This document shows, one piece after another, positions 12,428 to 23,738 of a DNA stretch of 41,144 nucleotides. A program made the translations under genes and the position numbers. The DNA comes from Octopus bimaculoides (taxonomy: Eukaryota): NCBI RefSeq assembly GCF_001194135.2, contig NC_068984.1, positions 137,967,114 through 138,008,257 of the forward strand, written 5' to 3'. The notes under the pieces are model-generated. The model was not told the DNA's origin, did no database searches, and saw nothing but the letters and a program-made list of their open reading frames with translations. How positions within the stretch are numbered: the stretch's first letter is position 1; each line of letters opens with the position of its first letter.

Positions 12428-12655
12428 TTGGGTTGTCCGGAAAGTTCATGCCGATTTATAGTAGCTTACCTTTCGACTTATTTGCCATGAAACCACTTCA
12501 ATTCTGGGAAGAGGGCATTTTCAAGTTAAAGGAAAGATGGAGATGCATTGTGCAACAAAATGGTTAATATTTGGTTGATTAAAAATGTAATGGCAAGTAT
12601 TTATTGACCTTTTTCTTTCCTTTAAAAATCGGCACGAACTTTCCGGACAACCCAA
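12428..12655 (+). mobile_element. Internally deleted mariner element (228 bp) with 30-bp TIRs and a TA TSD
   Basis: TA|ttgggttgtccggaaagttcatgccgattt ... aaatcggcacgaactttccggacaacccaa|TA. The interior encodes FAMKPLQFWEEGIFKLKERWRCIVQQNG*YL, a mariner transposase C-terminus. Confidence 0.92.
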
Positions 12656-13924
12656 TACTTTCCAAGTGAGGGTACTTAGGCTTCCATTGCTCAATTCACG
12701 TTACGTGATTGTTTTACTATCATACCAGCATCAGTCCTATATCAAGCTTAAGACCCAAAAGCCCAACTTCATTTTCAATCATAATCAATCCCTCTAAGAG
12801 TAAAGTAAGTATTGTAAGTGTAGTCCCAATACTATCAACTGATATCAGAGGGTCAACAATATTTGACCCAATAGAATTGCAACGCTTCAGTAGCCAAACG
12901 GTTTCTAGAATGACTGATATCGTTGATTTCTACCATTCAGTATTGAAATTCTTCCTCCTGAAGAACCTAGACTTTAGCTGACAATCCACCAGAATTAAGG
13001 ACTTTGGTATCGCAATCATTATGAGCGTTAAGAAGTCACTTCTGTTTTACAATGATCTCTAAAGAGTAAAAAGGAAAGATGCCTTAGTGTTCAGCGAGTC
13101 TACGTGGATCAACGACAGGGCTGAGGTTACTAATCTTGTCGGATTATTCATCCTACATCCCCTAAAATACTATCCGTAGATAGCTATTCTACCCTGAACA
13201 GCGATAGTAATCTCAAGTCATATAAACGACCACATCATGGATGAGCTGAGAGAGAAACTTATAAATACCGACAAAGAATTCGGCCTTGCTTTTCTTCCAC
13301 CGCATCCTTCATAGAGACCCTCTTTAACTCGTAATTGCCAATTTTGCCTCTGAGAAATCGCACATTCTCCACTAGTCTGCAGCATCCGTCAACAGGAAAG
13401 CTGCCATGTCTTACTGTTGCCACCTGAGGTACGCCCTGGCCACTGAAAACCTAGATGTACTATCTCCTGCCTGTCTGGCCCGCAAAAAATGACAGTATAT
13501 ACTGCCTATTGCCTCTAAAGTTTACAGCCTTAGCATTAATGCTTGTTGTCGATGAAATACAACTTACAAAATGACGGTAACCTAACGCCTGAAGCCGTTG
13601 CAGCCTATTAGCATTAATGCCATGTTGTGTAAAATCGTATATAACCCGTCAACTTCCAATCAGCCTTCGCTCCATGAGGTGCCTTTTGTTGCTTAAATAC
13701 CACATCTCACAAAATGACGAACTGATGCCAACATCTTATCTGCTCTACCGTATGTAGCATCTAATATATAAAAAGCTGATGTTGCTGAAGTATCCCATCT
13801 TGCAGAATGCCGTCTATGTGGTGCCAACATGTTGCCTGCAGCTTGCTATTTCCATTGGTTAAAAATTTGCAAATACATATTATTGTGATCGAGTACCTTT
13901 GTACTAATTCATCAACGCATACAG

Positions 13925-14075
13925 CACGTGGCAGTATGGTAAAAAGTTCGCTTCCAAATCATATGGTTTGGATTCAATTCCACTGCTTGGTACTTTGGGC
14001 GAGTGTCTTCTACTATAGCCCCGGGCCGATCAAAGGCTTGCAAGTGGATTTGGTAGACGGAAACTAAAAGAAACC
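13925..14075 (+). mobile_element. SINE family 3, 5' half (tRNA head plus gggcaagtgtcttctactatagcc domain)
   Basis: Related pieces at 2765-2845(-), 6570-6735(-), 11105-11225(+), 22135-22225(+), 28430-28575(-) and 39860-39910(+). Confidence 0.75.
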
Positions 14076-14144
14076 AATGTTTTTGTACGGTTCCATAAAC
14101 TAAAAGTTTGAGCATTGATTAATCTGTCTCAGGAATAATCTTGT

Positions 14145-14400
14145 ACTTGTTTCTGTCATGAGACTGCGACCATGCTGGAGCATCCTCTTGAAGGTTTGTG
14201 TCAAACAAAGCTATCCCAATTCTTGTTGTCTTAAGACTTATTGGTGTCTTTTGCCGAATCACTTAGTTATGGGGGCATAAACAAACTAGCACCGGATGTC
14301 AATCGGTAGTGGGCAACCGCAGACACAAAAACACACACTTACACAAACATATATGGCATATTTTCATATAGTTTCCCTCTAATTCACTCTTGAGGCATTA
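14145..14400 (-). mobile_element. SINE family 3, 3' half joined to the 5' half through a (CA/TA)n tract
   Basis: Related pieces at 1815-2020(-), 28320-28420(-), 38015-38116(-) and 39910-40000(+); motif gtcatttgactg.ggccatgctggagcacc. Confidence 0.7.
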
Positions 14401-14665
14401 TCCTTCAGGTTGTTGACAAATGTGAGATGACGTCCGTCACGCTTGCGAGCTTCATGCTGTTTGTTCCAGAGCAAAATTTGGATTCTTCTTCTTCCCAATT
14501 CAGCATGCAATGACCTGATATGCAAAAGCGTCGTTTTCCGATCTCGTTGGGCACTTTTGGATGGCTTCCATAGAGATGCTCACTGGTCATGTATTGTTGT
14601 CACTTCGCATCCAGGGATATTCATTGCGTCCTTGTGTAGCCATCTAAACCCTTCTTTACTTGTTT
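14400..14665 (-). mobile_element. RTE-clade LINE ORF2 C-terminal fragment
   Basis: LDG.YTR...QQYMTSEHLYGSHPKVPNEIGKRRFCISGHC...EEESK resembles RTE 'LDG.YTRMLR..L..SW..H.TN..LYG.LP.....I..RRLR.AGHC'. Confidence 0.7.
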
Positions 14666-15147
14666 GGTAAGTGCTAGCATAACAAATGCTTCTGCGTGTT
14701 ACCGAGAAATTTATAGAATGCGAAAAAAAGCTTCTACGCAAAAAACTCTAGACTTGATTTTTAAAAAGAAATTTACAAGTCTGTCTACGAGTGCTTAGGA
14801 ATCGGCGATTGCATCTGCAAATGATGATGTGCGCGAGTGTAATGCGAGTGAAAGTTATTAAAAAAAAGACGATCATAAGAATAATATTTTTTTATTATAA
14901 ATAATATTATTTATTATTATTGTGATATTTTATTTTATAAATATTCTTTACATTCTACTGTTGTTTTATTTCCATTTATTTACGAGTTTATGAATTTTAT
15001 CGGTAAAATATGTTTCTGGGAACGAATTACGATTTATAACATTGCTACTATAGGAAATTATCGCTCTACTTTACGAGTTTTCGCTTTACAAGCAGTCTCC
15101 GGGTAAAAATGAATTCGTATATGGAGGCATCACTGTGTGTATATATA

Positions 15148-15550
15148 CAGGGTGTTCAAAACATCTCTCCGCTGTAAGTATTTAATTGCAAAGTAAATAT
15201 TTATAAGATGGTATAAGACTACAAAAGAATATATTAGACTTTACAAGACTTAAAAACAAACTTTATAAGAAGCATTGAAAGTGTCGTCCTTCATTTTCAG
15301 TACATAAGTTGATTCTTCTACACATGTTTTGAGATACATTTTGGAGAGTCTGACGCGGTAGACCGTGTGAAGGTTATGACTGCGTCTTTTGACACATTAA
15401 TGGTTTTCAGGCGATTCTTGTACACGGATCCTTTACTTGCTCCCCAGAAAAAGAGTCTGGTGGTGTTAAATCAAGTGATCGTGGTGGCCAAATTCCCTTC
15501 GAGATAATCTATTCACCGAAAAATTCACTGCGGAGAGACTTTTTTAACAC
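15148..15550 (-). mobile_element. Tc1/mariner-superfamily transposase 3' remnant with a TA|CAGGGTG terminus
   Basis: Minus translation SLRSEFFGE*IISKGIWPPRSLDLTPPD-FFWG..VYKN matches the WPPRSPDLTPxDFFLWG motif. Confidence 0.8.
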
Positions 15551-15655
15551 GTGTGTCTGTGTGTGTATGTATGTATGTATGTATGTATGAATGTATGAAT
15601 GTATGTATGGATGTATATATACATGTATGTATATATGCATGTAAATATATATGTG

Positions 15656-15975
15656 TGGAGGCGCAACGGCCCAGTGGTTAGAGCAGCAGACTCGCGGTCG
15701 GAGGATCGCGGTTTCGATTCCCAACCCGAGCGTTGTGAGTGTTTATTGAGCGAAAACGCCTAAAGCTCCACGAGGCTCTGGCAGGGGGTGGTGGCGACCC
15801 CTTTTGTACTCTTTCGCCCCAACTTTCTCTCACTCTTTCTTCCTGTTTCTTGAGTAACGCTGCGATTGACTGGCGTCCCGTTCAGCTGGGAGGGGAGAAA
15901 CACATACGCCATAGAAACCGGCAAACCGGGCCCGTGAGCCTGGCTAGGCTTTAAAAGGGCGCATAAATAAATAAA
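15656..15975 (+). mobile_element. tRNA-derived SINE, family 2 (TGGAGGCGCAA(T/C)GGCCCAGTGGTTAG head), tail X
   Basis: A/B boxes present. Second full copy at 37305-37596(+); head-only copy at 11334-11454(-). Tail ..agaaaccgg.aaaccgggccc.tgagcctggctaggctttaaaagggcgca. Confidence 0.88.
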
Positions 15976-16382
15976 AATAAAACATATATGTATACATATG
16001 CATGTATATATATATGTATATATATGCATGTATATATATGTATATATATGAGAGCTGGCGTGGTGAATATGTGGTAAAGGAGTTCGCTTTGTAACTACTA
16101 GTATGTATACATACACACAAACACACACACATACAGATATGTGTGTGGGGGCGGTATTAACCATTGCGTAAGAGACATAAAATTGCGTAGAGTCGTAGAT
16201 GCATAACAACATCCTGCGAACTATATATCTTCAGAAATTCTACAGAAATTCATATTTTCTCTAATTAATCAACAGATATATGCAATTTTACGTTGCTGTC
16301 TTTGAAAGCATAATATATTTGAGTCTACAAAGAAATGAAGTTTCAGACATAAATATTTCACAAAATCAAAGTTTATTCTTAC

Positions 16383-16477
16383 CTGCCTAAACTGATTCGA
16401 TATCGCATTCCTTCTTGCAGTCACTTTTTTTAAAAATCCCATCCTCGTGTTATTAGTTTATTTTACTCGTCAATCAG
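16383..16477 (-). other. Possible distal non-coding leader exon or first exon
   Basis: Donor CAG|GTAAGA at 16383/16382, acceptor-like gtcttttctctcAG at 16479-16478, and a CRE-like TGACGTA (minus) at about 16501-16507. Splice motifs only. Confidence 0.3.
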
Positions 16478-16585
16478 CTGAGAGAAAAGACTAGTCAGCG
16501 TACGTCAAGGGTACAACGGTGTGCATAATGTATGACAGTGTTTAAGGCGCATGTCTAAGGTTAAACGCCTCAGACATAGAGTAAG

Positions 16586-16633
<48 letters not shown>

Positions 16634-17643
16634 TAATAATTATAATAATGATGATGATGATGATGATGGCGATGATTTCTTTTATTTTCTATCTGAGCGA
16701 AGAATGGGGGGGATAATAGAAAGACAAACATAAGATGTGTGTATGGTGGTGGTGGTGGTGGTGGTTTNNNNNNNNNNNNNNNNNNNNNNNNNNNNNNNNN
16801 NNNNNNNNNNNNNNNNNNNNNNNNNNNNNNNNNNNNNNNNNNNNNNNNNNNNNNNNNNNNNNNNNNNNNNNNNNNNNNNNNNNNNNNNNNNNNNNNNNNN
16901 NNNNNNNNNNNNNNNNNNNNNNNNNNNNNNNNNNNNNNNNNNNNNNNNNNNNNNNNNNNNNNNNNNNNNNNNNNNNNNNNNNNNNNNNNNNNNNNNNNNN
17001 NNNNNNNNNNNNNNNNNNNNNNNNNNNNNNNNNNNNNNNNNNNNNNNNNNNNNNNNNNNNNNNNNNNNNNNNNNNNNNNNNNNNNNNNNNNNNNNNNNNN
17101 NNNNNNNNNNNNNNNNNNNNNNNNNNNNNNNNNNNNNNNNNNNNNNNNNNNNNNNNNNNNNNNNNNNNNNNNNNNNNNNNNNNNNNNNNNNNNNNNNNNN
17201 NNNNNNNNNNNNNNNNNNNNNNNNNNNNNNNNNNNNNNNNNNNNNNNNNNNNNNNNNNNNNNNNNNNNNNNNNNNNNNNNNNNNNNNNNNNNNNNNNNNN
17301 NNNNNNNNNNNNNNNNNNNNNNNNNNNNNNNNNNNNNNNNNNNNNNNNNNNNNNNNNNNNNNNNNNNNNNNNNNNNNNNNNNNNNNNNNNNNNNNNNNNN
17401 NNNNNNNNNNNNNNNNNNNNNNNNNNNNNNNNNNNNNNNNNNNNNNNNNNNNNNNNNNNNNNNNNNNNNNNNNNNGATGTAGTCCTCCTGATACAAGAGG
17501 ACCTCTAGGGATAATTGAGGAACCCCATCGTCCAAAATCTACCTGAACACCATGAGCTAGTGTACTCCGCAATTTCCTTTCTCCGTCTCACAGGTCTACA
17601 CTTAGAGAGGTACCAGTCACTCTTGCCAATAATAATAATAATA

Positions 17644-17860
17644 ATCTTTTCTACTCTAGGCACAAGGCACGAAATTTTTAGGGAGGGGCCAGACGATTAG
17701 ATCGACTCCAGTATGCAACTGGTACTTAATTTATCGACCCCGAAAGGATGAAAGACAAGGTCGATCTCGGCGGAATTTGAACTCAGAACGTAAAGACAAA
17801 CGAAGTACCGCGAAGCATTTCGCCCGGTGTGCTAACGTTTCTGCCAGCTCACCGTCCTCG
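17644..17860 (-). mobile_element. SINE family 1, near full length, between (AAT)n/(GAT)n tracts
   Basis: Head to tail on the minus strand, ending ccttgtgcctagagtagaaaag(ATT)n. Confidence 0.88.
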
Positions 17861-18005
17861 ATAATATTAATGATAATGATAATGATAATTATTTCTTTCT
17901 TTATAAATAATAATTGTATTTTCTTTTGTTATTGCCTACATGCGTGAATAAGCAAAATTATGTAAGAACAAGCGGTGGGATGAAGATATTATAAAATGCG
18001 CGCGC

Positions 18006-18045
<40 letters not shown>

Positions 18046-18404
18046 NNNNNNNNNNNNNNNNNNNNNNNNNNNNNNNNNNNNNNNNNNNNNNNNNNNNNNN
18101 NNNNNNNNNNNNNNNNNNNNNNNNNNNNNNNNNNNNNNNNNNNNNNNNNNNNNNNNNNNNNNNNNNNNNNNNNNNNNNNNNNNNNNNNNNNNNNNNNNNN
18201 NNNNNNNNNNNNNNNNNNNNNNNNNNNNNNNNNNNNNNNNNNNNNNNNNNNNNNNNNNNNNNNNNNNNNNNNNNNNNNNNNNNNNNNNNNNNNNNNNNNN
18301 NNNNNNNNNNNNNNGCCAGTCGATTAGATCGACCCCAGTACGCAACTGGTACTTAATTTATCGATCCCGTTAAGGATGAAACGCAAAGTCAACCTCAGCG
18401 GAAT

Positions 18405-18437
<33 letters not shown>

Positions 18438-18451
18438 AATAATAATAATAA

Positions 18452-18665
18452 TCCTTTCTAGTGGAAGCACAAGGCCTCAAATTTAGAGAAAGGGATTAAG
18501 TCGATTACATCGACCCAAGTGCGTAACTGGTACTTATTTAATCGACTCCGAAAAGATGAAAGGCAAAGTCGACCTCGGCGGAATTTGAACTCAAAACGTA
18601 AAGACGGATGAAGTACCGTAAAACATTTTGCCCGGCGTGCTAACGTTTCTGCCAGCTCGCCGCCC
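18452..18665 (-). mobile_element. SINE family 1, full length, flanked by (AAT)n on both sides; a partial copy lies at 18315-18403
   Basis: Reverse complement of the GGCGGCGAGCTGGCAGAAACGTTAGCACGCCGGGC head with the same central domain. Confidence 0.88.
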
Positions 18666-19129
18666 TAATAATAATAATAATAATAACAATAATGTAATTA
18701 CAAATATTTGTATTAGTTGGTGTTTGCATATTATAACTCATTTCTCTTCCGCACCAAAACTACAAAACTGCAAATACAAGTTATCTCATTCAGCTCAAGG
18801 TGAAAAAAAAAAATGCTTGCTTCATATTTATTGATTAAAATGTACGAAAATGGAGAGTTGAAAGTTTTCCAACGCCAGAAGCAAACAAACCGGTGCCAGA
18901 CCTAATAGATGAGAATCTAAAAAGGAAATCAATGTTTATCCTCTTCAAATCTCACAAATATAAAATAAACGGTGTAAACACACACGTGAGGAATAGGTTT
19001 CTCCTTGACATGCATATTTTACAGCTACACTCTACTCCATGCAAGCTACATAAGAAAACTACAAAAATATTTTGGTATAAAATTTGGAGAGAAAAAGCCT
19101 TTATGTAAATATAAGTTTGAATTTCAACA

Positions 19130-20650
19130 AACAAGCCAAAAATCTAAATTATGACTCTTAAAAGAAAGAATACATAATAAAAGCACAAATAAAGGACCTA
19201 AAAAATGCCAAAATGAAGACATTTATAAGATAGATCTCATATAGTGAACACAATGTAAAAAAATTTACAACAAATTTAACTCACAAACACCTATAGAATA
19301 CTGACCAGAAAGTCACACTAGAACAATACTATGCAATAAAATACAAACAATGTATTTATAAAAAGAATATGAGGAAGGTTTAATACGAAACTTTAAAGAT
19401 AGAAATCGTGACCCTGACAATCTAGCTGAAAATAATTAAATAATCAGAACTTTAAAAAAAGATCTGCCTATGGGAGTAACTCTCCCAAAAAGAACTTAAC
19501 GATGAAATAACAACACTAAAAATATGCGTAGCTAGCCATCAGAGACTTAATGAAAACATACACGAACATCAATAAGACCATGTTAAACGAAATAAGATAT
19601 GCAGCTGTAATAGTAATTATAAAATCGGTTTCTCTCTCAGAGAGAACTTCTATAGTAATATCAAAAACTAAGCAAGTAATATGGAGAGCAATAGTAGAAC
19701 GTAAAAGTATAGTTTCTGTCATTAAGGAAATTAATAGCGTCAAGACAGAATTGAAAAGAAAAAAAAACAGATACCATGGGAATATAACATAATGAATATG
19801 TACCGAAATAAAAGAACGACTGAAACAGAAAAGTTCGCGCTAAATAGCAAAAAATACGTCGGCATAAAAACGACATAGATTCTTCGAGTAAGAAGAGCTA
19901 GGTAAAAAATCAAATCAATGAAATACAATACCAGCATCAAGAGAAATAGAACATTTCTGAGGAGGAGTTTGTAAAACAAAAAAATCATCACAGACGAGTT
20001 AGTTCAAAGCCATGATTAGAGGATTCCAGGCTTTATAAAAAAACAAACAATTGGAAGGCACGTGTAATACATAATATTCTAATCTTCTGGTTTAACACAA
20101 GATTCTAATAGATATGTTTAGTCTCAGACTTTAGGCGTGACGACACCTACACAAAAAAATCATCTTAAGCGAATAGGTTTCTTTCATCGCAATCTGAAAA
20201 ACTACGTTGCAAGACAAAATTGCAGAAGATTATACCTGAGAAAAATAACGGCTTCCAGAAGTGTAGAAAAATGCTGCAAAAGCTCATATGGTTATAAAAA
20301 TTAATTACTGTTTAACGACTCATAACTGGAGACCACGTGGATCTATGTCCTTCACATGGATCATGAAAATATTAGTGATGCGTAAATTACCACAAATAAA
20401 AAAACTGACACATTAAAATGTCATAAATTAATCAAACGCATGTTCAGAAACAGAAAAAGATGCAGTAATAAAAGGTAACCGCACCTTTGTTACATAAGAT
20501 ATATTCCCAAAGAACTCTCCACTCTGCTTTTGTGCTTCATGCTAATGCCTTTTACTAACATGTTAAAGGAATCTGATCTCATAGATAATACTATATTAAG
20601 AGAAACAACTATAGTTTGTGAATGGTGACATGAAGTTATACGCAGAAGTT
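19130..20650 (+). mobile_element. Decayed R4/Dong-clade non-LTR retrotransposon (N-terminal region plus RT)
   Basis: Frameshifted matches to R4-type motifs: LNEIRYAAVIV, RLKQK..AKKIRRH, IPASREIEHF*, LPE..K.CCKSSYG, PxTWIMKIL, IF....SPLLLCFMLMP, DMKLYA. Confidence 0.7.
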
Positions 20651-21273
20651 GGTAAACGACTAGCAGATTTATTATAAGATAGTACAAAATTGTACTGTGA
20701 GCCTGAGGGCATTAATACCCTCTTGTTGTTTCACCTCATGCTAGATTTTGAAGATCAAGTAAATATTTCTGTAAGTTCTACAGTGGTCAATAGAAACCAT
20801 ATCGTTCCATTAAACATCGGCCCATGTCTCTAAAATTTCCTTCGTAATCAATTGAACCTCACCCCTTTTACTTAAGGAGCAGATGTAGATTACTTTCCTT
20901 TTCTGCATCTGGATAAGAATTTCAAGGAAATATTTGGTTTAGTCGATCTATCCGTTTCTCCGTTAGTTGACTCCTATTTAAATTTCTTCTTGTTGCTGAC
21001 AAACAAGTAAAACAAACTTTGTTGTTATTGCTTCTTTTCCAGTTACAATTTTTACTGACACTATTTGTTCGTGGCATAGTGTGAGATGTACTTGCCAGTG
21101 AAAATTACATTTCTTTCTTGTATAATGTTTTTAATATATCTTTACACGACTTTTATTTCTTTTCTTTTGTTTTTCGTTTTCTTTTGTGATTGTAATTTGG
21201 CTTATGGCATGTATTATCTTAGTCGCCATATTTGAAATACCTAACGATACAGACAGCAACAACAACAGCAAAA

Positions 21274-21325
<52 letters not shown>

Positions 21326-22920
21326 CTTGGCGGATTGAAGAATGTTTTTTAAAAGAGAAAAATACCGGTAATAAAAGCTTGCATCGCAATAAACATAGAC
21401 CAGACACAAAATATCCGCTTGGCTTAGTATATATCGCTATGAATTTTACGAAATCACCTGAGCGATATACGACAGTCTGGCAGGCAAGAAACAATAACAA
21501 CAGCAATATTATAGGCCAGTAGTTTTAAAGAGAAAGCATTAGTCAGTACCATTAACCTAGTACTTGACTTGTACTTTATTTAATCGAATCTTGAGGGTTG
21601 AAAGGCAAGGCTGATCTCGGGAGGATTTGAACTCAAAACATAAAGAGTCGGAACAATGCATTGTTTCCGTCGCTCTAATGAATCTGCCAGCTGCCGCCTT
21701 GTTGTTCCTATTTCCAGTTTAGGTGTTAGGCCCCCAAGTACTTGAATGGGTCTTTATTTTATGAAGGATAAAAAAGGCACAGCAAATCGTTTATTCCGAT
21801 GCACTGGTTACTCTGCCAAATAATAATTGCTTGTGATTTAGGCACAAGACTAGGCATTTGGAAATTAGTTGATTAAATAGACCCCTGTAATTCACTGATG
21901 CATTATTCTATCGACCTCGAAACGATTAAATGCAAAGATGACTTTGTTAGGATTTGAACCCCGAATGTAAAGATTTGGAATAAATAGCCCAATCTAAACA
22001 ATTGGTTGTGATTTAAGTAAAGTTGAAAAGAGAGGATCAGTCGATACCATCACCTTAACTGATACTTTATTTTACCGACCCCGAAAGAATGAAATATAAC
22101 CTCTGTAGGTTTTGAAATCGGAATGTAAAGAGCCGGACCTTGGGCAAGTGTCTTTTAACATAACCTCGGACCGACCAAAACCGTGTGAGCGGACCTGTTA
22201 GACGGAAACTAAAAGAATATATATATATATATANNNNNNNNNNNNNNNNNNNNNNNNNNNNNNNNNNNNNNNNNNNNNNNNNNNNNNNNNNNNNNNNNNN
22301 NNNNNNNNNNNNNNNNNNNNNNNNNNNNNNNNNNNNNNNNNNNNNNNNNNNNNNNNNNNNNNNNNNNNNNNNNNNNNNNNNNNNNNNNNNNNNNNNNNNN
22401 NNNNNNNNNNNNNNNNNNNNNNNNNNNNNNNNNNNNNNNNNNNNNNNNNNNNNNNNNNNNNNNNNNNNNNNNNNNNNNNNNNNNNNNNNNNNNNNNNNNN
22501 NNNNNNNNNNNNNNNNNNNNNNNNNNNNNNNNNNNNNNNNNNNNNNNNNNNNNNNNNNNNNNNNNNNNNNNNNNNNNNNNNNNNNNNNNNNNNNNNNNNN
22601 NNNNNNNNNNNNNNNNNNNNNNNNNNNNNNNNNNNNNNNNNNNNNNNNNNNNNNNNNNNNNNNNNNNNNNNNNNNNNNNNNNNNNNNNNNNNNNNNNNNN
22701 NNNNNNNNNNNNNNNNNNNNNNNNNNNNNNNNNNNNNNNNNNNNNNNNNNNNNNNNNNNNNNNNNNNNNNNNNNNNNNNNNNNNNNNNNNNNNNNNNNNN
22801 NNNNNNNNNNNNNNNNNNNNNNNNNNNNNNNNNNNNNNNNNNNNNNNNNNNNNNNNNNNNNNNNNNNNNNNNNNNNNNNNNNNNNNNNNNNNNNNNNNNN
22901 NNNNNNNNNNNNNNNNNNNN

Positions 22921-22979
<59 letters not shown>

Positions 22980-23564
22980 CGAAGTCGTTTACTGAACAAG
23001 TTGATATTGATGAAACAAAGTACCTTAGTAAAATATGAAAGAGTCTCCATTAAAGTAGAAAAAAAATGAAACCAGATATGAACAATTAAAATTACCTGAA
23101 TGAGGTGAATACAAAAACAGAAGTTTTTAAGGATGGGTGAGACCCAAAGGCATTTGAATATTTTACGACAAGGGTTTACACTGAAATAGGGGAAGTCGAA
23201 TAAATGAGTACAAACAGATATTGCAAGATATAACGGTTAAAGGTATATAAATATAGCCCTTAACCAGCAGTCGGCTAAACTTTGCTATGGTTTCGAACAC
23301 TTTCTGACGGGACCATCCTGTCCAGCAATGTTCGATAGCTACACTTATAAACTATCAGGGATAAATATCACAAAACAAAGCGATAAAAGCAAATACGGGA
23401 ACAGGACAAACAAGATGAGTGATCAGTCATTCGTCTCAGGCAAGAAATGAACATATTCTTAATTGTCAAACGGCATGAAATAACGTGATGAGAAAAATGA
23501 TTATAATGAAGCTTGTCATTTATTATGTAATTAACATCAGATACCTTGTGGTACTCTGAAAATA

Positions 23565-23738
23565 CGTACACAATGCATACTTTATTTCATTGAATTAGCC
23601 ACAAGGGCTGTACATAGAATGGTAGCTGCGGGCTGGACAAAGACATAAATGTGATGAGGATGATAACAAAAGGTGAATAAAAATGAGAGAGGCACCGACG
23701 CCCGCCGATCGATAACCCCTCGTACACAATGCATACTT
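23565..23738. mobile_element. 138-bp insertion (23583-23720) between identical 18-bp direct repeats (probable TSD)
   Basis: cgtacacaatgcatactt at 23565-23582 and 23721-23738. Confidence 0.6.

Noticed and set aside
12700-13800. Coding-like GC-richer stretch
   Set aside because: No recognisable domain and multiple stops in all frames; probably a decayed retroelement that I cannot classify.
16150-16225. Possible continuation (QQDGA-like motif) of the Tc1/mariner remnant beyond the SINE
   Set aside because: The similarity is too short and degenerate to support.
87-21522. ORFs rich in YIYI, CVCV, HTHT, LSLS, YLSI, poly-N/Y/L
   Set aside because: They are translations of microsatellites. The exception is the poly-N in 3663-4224, which lies in an exon with OATP motifs.
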